A DNA stretch of 63,253 bases, the filler included, from Phoronis australis (taxonomy: Eukaryota; Animalia; Phoronida), in NCBI GenBank assembly GCA_002633005.1. It is 5 parts of 5 records of this genome, joined end to end, with 100 filler letters (N's around TTAATTAATTAA, not from the genome) between each part and the next. Parts side by side here need not be neighbours in the genome. Positions count along the whole stretch, not along the records: positions 1 to 31,962 come from NMRA01000117.1; 4 more parts are not named here. One strand, written 5' to 3'. The first letter of the stretch is position 1, and each line of letters opens with the position of its first letter. Positions 12,201 through 22,400 of the stretch are shown here, one piece after another. The position numbers were made by a program, and so were the translations under genes. The notes under the pieces are model-generated. The model had not been told where the DNA came from. It saw only the letters and a program-made list of their open reading frames with translations, and ran no database searches.

Positions 12201-14191
12201 CATGCCAATGCCTTCCTGGATTTAGAGGTGCACGCTGTGAAGAGAACATTGACGAATGTCTCTCTTCACCGTGCAAAAACAACGGAACTTGTGCAGACTT
12301 AACGAATTATTTCAAGTGCCTTTGCAGGCCGGGGTATACTGGGGGCATGTGTGAGATTGAGGTGAATGAATGTGAATCTTCACCCTGTCAGAATGGTGCC
12401 ACATGCCATGATGGAGTCAACGGTTATGTTTGTGAATGTTTCCAAGGTTACACAGGTTACAATTGTTCTTCTGTAAACCCATGCTCGAACAATTCATGCC
12501 AAAATGGCGGAAGGTGTGTTGCAGACGGTCATGGATACACATGTTCATGTATGATAGGGTATTATGGGAAATTCTGTGAAAAGGAACTCGAAAAGTGCAA
12601 TGAATTACAATTATGCAGAAATGGTGGCACATGTTATAGATATATGCGCTGGCATATGTGTTCTTGTCCCCATGTTTTTGAAGGGTTTGCTTGTGAAAAA
12701 AAAGTTCGGCCATGCGAGTTGAATAAAAATGTGTGTAAAAATGGTGGAGTGTGTTCGGATGAGAGTGGTGTTGTACAGTGCACGTGTGGTCGTGGTTACA
12801 GTGGCCAGTACTGTCAGGTGGAAATAAACGAGTGTGCAAGCTCACCTTGTAAACACAGTGGCAGGTGTGTTGATATTGTGGACGGATATAGATGCCACTG
12901 CATGTCGGGATACACTGGAGTGGTTTGTGAAACGAATGTAGATGAATGCGCAAGCTCACCGTGTGTAAATGGAACATGTCTGGATGGGATTGATGCCTAC
13001 ACGTGCCAGTGTGCGCTAGGGTTTATGGGAGTCAACTGTCAGCAGGAAATTGATGATTGCAAAAGCAATCCATGTAAAAATGGTGGGTCGTGTACAGATG
13101 TGGTGAACGGGTACCGCTGTTCGTGTTCATCAGGGTTTACTGGAAGCCAATGTGAGACGGAGGTGAATGAATGTGAAAGCAATCCTTGTTTGAACAACGG
13201 GAAATGCCTAGACCGAGTGAATGGTTTCTCTTGTGCATGTCCAAGAGGATTCAAAGGAAATGCCTGTGCTGAGAGGAAGTATGGATGCGAGGAACATACG
13301 TGCGCCAGTGGCTCATCTTGTCTAGATGTGACAGATGGCAAATACGTTTGCGCATGTCCTTCTGGTTTTACTGGACCGTTTTGCAATTGGGAAATAAATG
13401 AATGTCAGAGCTCCCCTTGTAGAAATGGCGGAGTTTGTACCGACCTTCTCAATGAATACAACTGTACGTGTGCTGCAGGTTTCACAGGGAAGAACTGTGA
13501 ATGTGAAGTTAACGAATGTGAGTCATCACCTTGCAGACATGGTGGTATCTGTATGAAGAAAGTAAATGGATTTGAGTGCAAATGCCACAAGGGATACTTT
13601 GGCAATGTGTGCCAGTACAAAGAAGATTTTTGCAAATCGTCTCCTTGTCTACACGGCGCATGCCACGATCTAAAATTTGATTATACTTGTACGTGTTTGC
13701 AAGGGTTTTTTGGTGTGAACTGTGAACAAAAGGAAGATGCCTGTGTTAGTTCACCATGCAAGAACAATGGCACTTGTATGAATGGTAACGAAACGTTTCA
13801 ATGCGTCTGTCAGCCTGGATTTACAGGACAAATGTGTGAAACTGAAATAAACGAATGCTCGAGTTCGCCTTGTTTGCACGGAGTGTGCATTGATCTTGTG
13901 AACGGATGGACTTGCGGTTGTTATCAGGGGTTCACCGGGAGTCGCTGCGAGGTAAATATGGATGAATGCGAAAAACAGCCTTGTAAAAATGGGGCCACCT
14001 GCATTGATAAGATAGCACAGTTTGAGTGTGTTTGTCTAAAAGGTTATGAGGGTGGACTTTGTGAGAATAAGGTTGACGAATGTGCCCTATCGCCATGTAA
14101 ACATGGTGGTACCTGTAACCTTGGCGTCAGTGGATTCAAGTGCTTTTGTCCGCCTGGATACAGTGGCGCCCTCTGTGAAATCACTGTGTAG
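107..14191 (+). CDS. Gene A: DSL-domain Notch-ligand-like protein, C2/MNNL-DSL-23xEGF, no TM (predicted secreted); 5'-partial; exons 107-224, 8819-8985, 9971-10107, 11535-14191
   Basis: Four GT-AG exons join with compatible phases (0, 2, 1) into SQCVYGKTT...ITFEGKFTQWK|SGVRMKLTVND...KWNSTVKLTG..RTQ|LSVQFLTFCDPDYYGTDCGTFCKARDDSQGHYTCDAKTGKKLCLRG|FTGDQC, followed by 23 EGF repeats. The DSL cysteine spacing is completed across the last junction. Signal-peptide exons would lie upstream of the window. Confidence 0.85.
2045..2260. repeat. Degenerate tandem repeat of a (T)ACCAA(A/G)TGGGTA motif
   Basis: The motif recurs at about 2096, 2114, 2140, 2180, 2200 and 2225. Confidence 0.7.
2739..3139. mobile_element. 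MITE with GGCCCGGTCTC terminal inverted repeats and CAG target duplication (PIF/Harbinger-related); relatives at about 28630-28885 and 48115-48335
   Basis: cag|ggcccggtctctaatcttt...aaagattggagaccgggcc|cag, with internal ACTCGAAA/TTTCGAGT subrepeats. Confidence 0.8.
3320..6400 (-). mobile_element. Degenerate non-LTR retrotransposon (LINE ORF2: APE endonuclease plus RT; CR1/L2-group-like)
   Basis: Frameshifted fragments appear in the expected order: DFDARTG, STVDYF, SPVEDGIPNEFFK, FPEAWSKRIFIPLHK, VRQGCMLSPWLF, LFFADDL, and C-terminal CGICNTGQIEDRIHFMCHCP. Confidence 0.9.
6560..7180 (+). mobile_element. Degenerate Penelope-like retroelement RT fragment
   Basis: Translates in pieces to [46 protein letters not shown] and SQFLRY..ICS, which are PLE RT/thumb motifs. 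Confidence 0.8.
7183..7800 (+). mobile_element. Possible decayed hAT-like DNA transposon 5' end
   Basis: Starts CAGGCTTGCACAAG, a hAT-like CAGG terminus, followed by purine-rich decayed coding-like sequence. No matching right end found. Confidence 0.3.
8819..8985 (+). CDS. Gene A exon, C2/MNNL-like domain part 2
   Basis: Acceptor ttcattacag| and donor ca|gtaatt. 55 open codons (SGVRMKLTVNDRHIFKSNLVDKFDY...AKWNSTVKLTG). The phase-2 end matches the DSL exon. Confidence 0.75.
9304..10222. repeat. Outer inverted-repeat arm 1 (pairs with 31046-31962)
   Basis: About 0.9 kb of intron-DSL exon-intron aligns as a reverse complement with sparse mismatches. Confidence 0.92.
9971..10107 (+). CDS. Gene A DSL-domain exon
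   Basis: CDPDYYGTDCGTFCKARDDSQGHYTCDAKTGKKLC matches the DSL consensus CxxxYYGxxCxxFCxxRDDxxGHYxCxxxGxxxC. Flanked by tcttag| and g|gttggt. Confidence 0.92.
10224..10290 (+). pseudogene. Degenerate remnant of the 3' half of a DSL exon
   Basis: gacactacacttgtgacgccaagactggaaa (HYTCDAKTG) nearly matches 10060-10090 and is followed by a frameshifted tail and ag|gtatat. Confidence 0.7.
10995..11490 (+). mobile_element. Gypsy/Ty3 LTR-retrotransposon integrase fragment in gene A intron
   Basis: YHHAQGNGLCERFNHTLLNML...W...FAYNAS..ASTGDSPFYLMFGRHP is a typical integrase core C-terminal motif set. Confidence 0.88.
11535..14191 (+). CDS. Gene A terminal exon: end of DSL plus 23 EGF-like (mostly Ca-binding type) repeats, then stop
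   Basis: ORF 11495..14191 with acceptor tttttcag|gt. 23 six-Cys repeats counted. Ends CEITV*. Confidence 0.92.
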
Positions 14192-14356
14192 TCACTAGTG
14201 GTGGACCTTTACCCGAGAGGCCAACGGATACCCCAGATGCTCACCTTAGATGATTCAGTACTGTGAGAATACAGTTATCATTTGTTAACTGGTGATTTAG
14301 CTGTCAATGGTTTAATCGATTCTATGTAACTTAAGCAGCACTTAGTCACTATAGGA

Positions 14357-14362
14357 AATAAA
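14357..14362 (+). terminator. Candidate polyadenylation signal of gene A (second AATAAA at 14477-14482)
   Basis: AATAAA about 165 nt downstream of the stop codon, followed by GT/T-rich sequence. Confidence 0.5.
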
Positions 14363-17300
14363 TGTTTTCCAAGGTTGTCACTCTAAAAAGAGAAATTCAA
14401 CGTCAGTCCTATAAGAGATCATACAATTGTATCTGTTGAGTTTTCCATGAGTTACATTTTTCAATTGTCATAGACTAATAAAAATTTGTTTCACAAATGA
14501 CTCTTTTCCATTATAGGACTTTCAAATTTTCCATTCCGTTGAAAGCTCTGTAAACATCATTTTCCTTACAGCTGAAGAAGTACTGATAACGGAACAACTA
14601 TCTAGGCACTTTGAAAATCAAAACCCATCCCGACAAGAATTTTTTTTTAAAACCTTTGTTTTAAGGTTGTGTTGAACCCCATACAAAGTTGTCCAAGTTT
14701 AACCAACTTCGGAACATCATAATCTTATCTCAGACACGGCTATTCAGATTCATATGAAACTTTCAGATAGTAGGCTTTCTGCATTGTTTTCTAAAAATAA
14801 TTCATTTTTAATTGATCTGCTTTTACATGAGAGGCTATCAAAATAGGACTTTCATGATTTTCATGCAAAATGAAAAATTGAATTAAGCGAAAACGAAATT
14901 ATAATTTAACATTGATGTCAAATGAAATTTGTTCATGTTATTATTGGGTTTTGCAATGATTGTGCTTCATTCTTTGCTAAATTTTAATAAGAAGACATGA
15001 GAGTTTAACTCTTTAGTTTAGTACGTATTTGTCAGAATGCACAAAGTTGTCGATAAGGCTATATGCAACATTAAAGGTGAGAGTAACCGTTTTTGATGTT
15101 ACCTGTAATAATGCATATCTCTGGTCACCTTGTAGATATATTGCTCGTTGTTTAGTTTCTGTTTCTGTGGTGACGTCAGAGGGAAGGCACCGGGATAGTC
15201 TCTGGCCGTCCTCCTTCCAGTATCGGTGTTAATCACCGTTCTCTTGGCGATCAAGGTTACAAAAGAAAGAGGCGTTAATGGTCAAACAAGGGGCCAGCAT
15301 CTCGTGTCTCATGTATTGCACTATACTGAACACAGTCTGTGCAGGTTATTCGTGTTTGATCAATGACAGTGAATGCCGAACCACTGCAAATTCAGTTGAC
15401 ATTGTAAGTGGATGTTGAAATAGCATACGTCATTTAGGCACGTTTAGGTTACATTGCGAGTGAATGTTGAAATAGGGTACGTCATTAAGGCATGTATAGG
15501 TTACGTTAGCCAAAAAACTAGTTTTCACCGAATAATTAAGCAAAATTGTCAGATTATGAAGACTCCCGCCATTTTCTGCTTTTTGTGGACTTCGGCATAT
15601 CGCTATAGAAGAAGAAGAAGAAAATAATTTTATTGTAGTGAACAGTATTACTTGAACACCCAACCTACTGGGCTTATTAGTCACTTTAAACAAAGTACAA
15701 GAACAGCAATATGCATACAATTTGATTTTAAGCTCAAAATTATTTAAGAAGTTAAGTGAACAGAAAATTTTGTCGTCAATTAAAAGTACCTTCTGCATGT
15801 CTAGCCAGATTCTAACAAAAATTATTGCATAAAATAGCAAGTTTGTCTTCAGAACTTAACAGGCCGAAATTTTGGCGAATACATGTGATTTTATCAAACA
15901 ACAAAATTTCTTAAATCTTCGTAAAAATGGCAATGTCAAAACACGAATTTCATCCTGAACAGCGTGCAAATTACAGTGTTAGAAATCTGCCATTTCAATA
16001 TGAAGTAGGACAATTTCAAAACAAAACTGTGATGAAAGAGATCCGCAATTTCTGATTAACCTGGAACACAATTAGCTTTTATTAAAAAGTGTTTTTTTAA
16101 AAATTTTGTGAACTCCTTAAATTGAAATTTAGGTGAATTACAATATTTTTCCAATCATCAACCACAGTTTTGATAAGACTTCTTTGTAAAAAGTGATATC
16201 GCGTTTAATTTTGGATTCAAATATATGATTTAACTGACAAAAGTTGAAAATTGTTTTTATCTCGGAGGACCAATTTGAATTGTTTTGGTTATAGTCTTAT
16301 TCAAAAGCTTTTTCTGGCAAGTCTTTCTCAATTAAAACTCAATATTCTATTCCACAGACGAACAATATACATGACACTATTATAACTCATGTCATCTCTC
16401 ATGGCAGCAACAGGAGCTGAGTGATGGACACAAAAGTAACTCCTCACAGTTGTTTTGTACAAAGTTACAACAATGAAAATCTTGAAATCTCCAAACTCCA
16501 GAACAATATAATGTGGATTTAGGAACATGAGTTGCCAAAAACGGCTCAGAGGATTTCACCGAAACTTTCCAATTTGAATATTTGTTCATCAATCTCTCTG
16601 TTAGGAGAATTTATTGTACTGTCCCATAGTCGAATATGACCGATGTTTTTCTACAAAAATGCCTCACGTTTTGCGAGCAAATTTGGCACAAAAACCAGAC
16701 TAAATACGTATTAATTAAAGAAGGTTTCATTGAAATCGACTAAAGGGTATTTGTGCTTTGAACGTACCTTTATTAAAATGAAAAGTTGACTTATAAGGGT
16801 GGCCGCACTTCTAATAACAATGGCACGTAAGTATAATGTGTGCTTTTATAATCCCTGATCTTTCTTCCAAAAAATATTTACTTTTGCTGGTTGACATTGT
16901 TTTTCTGGTAATTGACTTTGAATTAACGTTACTCAATAATGTCCTTCATAACCTTAAAGAAAGTCCATTAGTTTTTAGATTTATTGTAAAATATAACAAT
17001 GATAACAATTTTATAAAACCAATCTGCTGTATGCTGCTTATAAAATCTTTTTTACAATCCAGCTACATTAAATTCAAAATAGGTCTACTTTGCAACTGAC
17101 ACCTTGCCATATTATCCCATGAGAGTGATCTACTATGCTGATGAAAATACGTAAATTTACTGTATCACAATACGAGCCTTCATGTATGTTGTGAATATAC
17201 ACGTAATGCCTGATCATCTTTTAAGCTAAACAGATCACAACTTTGCGCCTGCACAAAATATGCACACTACTCGTCGCTAAGGAGCTCCATCAAAAGTCGC

Positions 17301-18946
17301 GTGGACCGCGGAGGTGCACATGAAAAGTAATATGGCTAACTACTGTAGTGAAAATTGGGGCCCGGTCTCGTAGCCACGGGGCTAACTCGAAAGTTGAGGA
17401 AACAAGGGGAAGGTTGAAATTGTGACGAATAGGGCGTCCACAGACTAGTTTATAGCTTTTGGGGCAAGAGACCTTAATTTGGCAAGTACACAACATCTGA
17501 AATCAAAGAAATTTTGTCAGTTGCTTTCTCACTTCTTGTTGGTGGTTAAGAACAATTTTCGTTGTAATAAAATAAGAAATCATCTTGGCTTGATTTAGTT
17601 AATTAGCGTATGTTAAGAAAAAAGTGTTGACAGAATAAGCGACAAGGAAATGCCGTTCAAAGGATACCAAACCCTGTTATGATAATTCCCACCAATCCTC
17701 GTTTTGTCACCTGTTAATGCATCATTGGCATAAATTACACTCCCTATGTCACAGATTGGACATTATGTTCCTTGGTGTGTGGTCTATTCTCACAGTTGTC
17801 CTAAAAGCGTTGGTCACGATTGCTCGTTTAGTAGCTTTGGAAAGGAGTTTTCATTTTTTCCTCCAAAACTTTGAGGGTTGTTGAGGATTACGGAACATTT
17901 TTTTGTTTCAGAATAAGGGATGGGAAAGTCATGTTTAGTATCTTTTCATAAAACAAAACCGGGTTTGGTATCCTTTTGAGTTACAACACCAATTTTCCTG
18001 TTTTCTGCTGGACATCACGTGATAACGACGGCCGACATAGAAGCTGCTTTCCAATATTCTTCGCCAATGTCTATGAGATTATATGACCAAAGCGCAACAC
18101 AATGGCAAAACACTAGACGTCACTGTTGTCACTATTCGACATTCCCTTTTCCAGTCCTTTTGGAATGTCTGAGAAATCGTCATTTCGCTGCATTTCCATG
18201 TATATTTTGTTATCGTACACTGTGGACGCGTTTTCAGTGTCGTCCAGTACCCTGTCAGGTTTGGATGACCTGAAACGTAGAAATATTTACGTAATACGTG
18301 AGAAATTTATTTGGTTTGTTTCAGAGACATGCAACATATAAAATTCTGATGTATAATTCAAGTGTTGGCCTATATTGTATATATACTGTACGAGAAGTAC
18401 TTCCCCCGGAGATGAACTTAATGTCATCTAAAGCACTGTATCAGTGTGGATCCTGTACTCACAGCTGCCCAGTCTGTATCACACTGCACGAACGATTAAC
18501 ATTACAAGGTTGGCGATGGTTATAGAACATTTTCTGTTTCAAAGATTTACATATAAGCAAATCAGTTGGAGTCGAAATATGTGAATAAGCTAACATAGAG
18601 TTCGGTGTAGCTTGTCGGGGAGACCACAGGAACCCTCGACTAACACTTTTAGCAGATTAGTAAATTATGATAACACCGGTGAACAATTCAACCTGCCACT
18701 TCACTATCTGGACAGTGCTGACTTAGACTACTTACTACTGATCTAGAAATGGTCTTCACATAGATTCAAAGTGATTTATGAATTTTGAAGGATCTGACAG
18801 TTAGTCACTGCTTGAAGACGTGTTTGGTGCAACATGACTCACCAGATCAAGACAACACGTCGAGTCAGGGTTGCGATCAAAAAACATCTGCTTACACTTC
18901 CAACAAAGAATCTTATGAAACGGGAATAGTGAGCCCCACAAGTCAA

Positions 18947-19077
18947 CATTTCAACCTCACCGACCAATCACTGGAGTGGTCGCTCATATACATCGAGTTG
19001 GTGGCGTTAAGATAAAAGTTTCCAAACGAATCGAGACCTTTGTCTCTACATTCGTTTTCGTTCTTTTTACTGCCAGC
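18947..19077 (-). CDS. Tentative cytoplasmic-tail exon of gene B
   Basis: Open frame KKNENECRDKGLDSFGNFYLNATNSMYMSDHSSDW... reachable through ggcag|t (phase 2) or tttgag|gct via a possible micro-exon near 19177-19213. Acceptors are weak. Confidence 0.35.
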
Positions 19078-19396
19078 CTCAAATTATGGATAATGGACTC
19101 CTCAAACCAGTGATAAACCGATGTCCAATTTATAATGTCTGACGTCTTTAAGATTGATCAGAGTTCACAACACTCACCAGTGAGACAGGGACCACTGTTA
19201 TAATGCCGAGTGATCTAAATCAAACATAGTTTCTGACAGGGTGCAACACTGTAATTTCGTAACCGTTTGATGGATAATTGGCGAATAAGTTTGCACCAGG
19301 GACGTGTATGAACCTCAGGTTTTCGACAAGTTAACAACTGCTCAATCATTGATAATTGAATTAACTTTGGTTCTCTAATTGAATCGAATAACTTAC

Positions 19397-19494
19397 CGAC
19401 GACGGCACCTAAACGTGAGGTATCCAACGATACTAAGCAAAAGAACAGCTGCTGCAGCTCCCGCTACGATGTACCAATTGTCTTCGATCCATGT
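19397..19494 (-). CDS. Gene B transmembrane exon
   Basis: aatttcag|aca ... cg|gtaagt. Encodes WYIVAGAAAAVLLLSIVGYLTF followed by the basic stop-transfer RCRR. Confidence 0.85.
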
Positions 19495-22400
19495 CTGAAA
19501 TTTGTGTAAATGGGAAGTTGTAGTTGAGTAAGATCTGTGCTTTACATTTTGTTAAATAAGGAATTGGATATACACGCTTACCGAATATTTCAATTTTGAT
19601 TTTGTTCTTCCATTGTATGAAAACATACTTCCTAGTCAGGGTTCGTGAATAAGTTACCTTTGGTCCTTCAATCGATTTGAGGTTGACGGTTCCATCGTAC
19701 ACCTGTGCCGAGATAGAGGACGCAAGTTTACTGACAGGCACGATGGATAAAATGTCTTTAGTTTCCAGAGCTTGCCCGTTTGCAGTCACTTCGAAGGTTA
19801 TCTGAGTAACTTCCTCCCTGAAATTAATATGCCAGTTTGTGAAGCCAGAAACTTCTTGGAAATAAGTGAATGGTTGAACGTTGGATTTTCACTGCTCATT
19901 TCAGCAGAACAACGTCCTTTGACACAACAACATTCATCAACTGTAGACACGAAAGAAAAGATGCCGTGGATAAGTTTCTGTCCCACTATACATTAATGCC
20001 TACGTGTTATTTTGAAATGTTGCTGGTCATCGGTCCATCGAATTCTTGAGTATCAGCTCAGACTAAGCATTAGTTATGATAACCTGTAACTTAGGTATGT
20101 CGCAACCAGAACTTGTTTCGTACCAAATTTGTGAAAATCAATTTAGTAATAATGCGTGACTTAGGTTTTGAGCTATATCTTGAAAATCAGACCACCATTT
20201 CATAAAAAGTCCGCTAACCAGTACAGTGCAGATGGTCTTAAGAATGATGCGGAGGTCAAGACATCCTGTCGGGGAACAAACCTTATATATCTACTGGTAC
20301 ATGTATAAAAGTATGCGATGCACATATTTTAGAAGAGTAAGCTTTAATGGCCACCCTCTCCAAACCAGACGTGTAACATACATGTATGTGTACGAAGTTC
20401 TTTATCTTTACAAATACATCAACACCGTAAGCCTACCCATTTTCACCAGTCCCTTTCACTGTGACAACAGCCACATCGATGTCTACTGACGACAGCGACA
20501 TCTTTTTGGCTACTTCATCTTGAACTGAAATCTTCAACTTTTGTATGTCTTCGTTAGATATTTGTCCCAAAACATTCATCGATGTCGATTTTTCGCTATT
20601 CGCTGCAGTCGTTACGCGCAATTGTGTCGGAAGATCTTGAGTTGTAGAACGGGTCAGTTCTGAAGTCATGCTCTTCACTGTTTGTGAAGTTGTCAGTCGT
20701 CTTCTTCCTTTGGTAGGTGACTGTGTTGGAGGAGTGGTAGATCGCCCAATACTTTCCGTGGAAGTCTCTACAGCTTTTAGAGACGTAGTAGGACTTCTCA
20801 TGGCTTTGGTGCTCAATTCTAAATTCAGTGACGTAGTGCCCAGACTTTCCACACCTCTCGTAGACGATTCGGGAACAGATGACGTAGTTACGGGAATTTC
20901 GGTATATTTTGTAGTCATGTGTACGTTTATGGAAGAGGCAATAGAGTTTCCTGAACGTTTCGTGGTCAATTCTACCGTTGGTAGTGACGTAGACGATTCG
21001 GGAACAGATGACGTAACTATGGGAATTTCGGTATATTTTGTAGTCATAGAGTGTCCCGTACGTTTCGTGATCAATTCTAATGTTGGTAGTTGTGTAATAG
21101 AGGTTTCTGTGTCTGTTGTGGAAAGCTGTACTCTTGGAGAAGTACTTCCGTATTCCACATTTTGCGTAGTCAGATCTACACTTGATGCAAGAGACGGGCT
21201 ACGTTCTGTAACTGTGGTCAGGTCTTTATTTGGTGGAGTAGTAGAACGTCTCCAACCTTTCGTGGTAAGGTGTATGTTTATTGAATCTGTGGGGCGTACT
21301 ATGTCTTTCGTGGTCAATTCTGCAGCAGTGCCAATTGGAGACGAAATAGAATGAAGCTCACAGGTTGCACCACTGAAACCTGCTGAACATTTACAAACAA
21401 AACTGTTCACTGCATCTTCACAAGTGCCATTATTCATGCATGGAACACTGACACAGTCATCAATATTGTGGTCACATCGCGTACCATTGAATCCTAACGG
21501 ACATTCACAATGATACCCGTCAACTAAATCAACACAAGTGCCATTATTACGACAAGATCCTTTTATACACTCATCGATGTCTGTTTCACAGTACTTTCCA
21601 GTGTAACCGGCAATACACTGGCACAGAAAACCATTAACAGCGTCGTAGCACGTAGCATTATTTTGACAAGGCAAAGATGAACATTCATCAATCTCATGTT
21701 CACACCGATTCCCCGTGTATCCAGGCTTACAGGTACAGCTATAGCCGTTTACTAAATCTTCACATGTGCTGTTGTGCTCACAGACGTTTGTTTCGCATTC
21801 ATCGATATTCACTTCACAACGCAGTCCACTGAATCCTGTCATACAGCGACAACTGTAACTGTTTATAAGATCATCACATGTGCCGTTGTTGTAGCATTCT
21901 ATAGAGTAGCACTCGTTAACTTCACTTTCGCAGTGAGAGCCATTGAAACCTGGGCTACAACTACAGTTATAATCATTTACTAGGTCTGTGCAGGATGCAT
22001 TGTTCTTGCATGGACTGGATGCACAATCGTCATTATTGGTTTCACAATTGTCTCCAATATACCCTGGCGCGCATTTGCACGTGTAGCCATTGGTTTCATC
22101 GCCACAAGTCCCGCCATTTAAACACGGTGTAGACGCACACTCGTTCACGTTGACCTTACAATCTGAACCCGTGAACCCAGGGACACATACGCAATGGTAA
22201 CCATTGACGGCATCTAGACATGTGCCATTGTTGGAACATGGGGAAGACTCGCATTCGTTGACGTCAATTTCACATCGCGCACCTTTGAACCCCATTGAGC
22301 AATTGCACCTAAATTGATTTAGTTCATTTATGCACGTGCCATTGTTCATACACGGAAAACTTTGACATTCGTTCACGTCAATATCACACAGGTTACCAGT

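Noticed and set aside
11495-14191. Calling the long EGF ORFs Notch receptor or fibropellin
   Set aside because: There are no LNR, ankyrin, CUB or avidin domains. The ORF starts are intronic, and the first Cys completes an upstream DSL exon.
20218-20265. Extra gene B exon after acceptor ttccccgacag
   Set aside because: It gives an immediate stop in the required phase, whereas the 19817 exon joins cleanly.
20668-21354. 228-aa Val-rich + strand ORF and other antisense ORFs over the EGF exons
   Set aside because: These are shadows of the S/T-rich and EGF coding strands.
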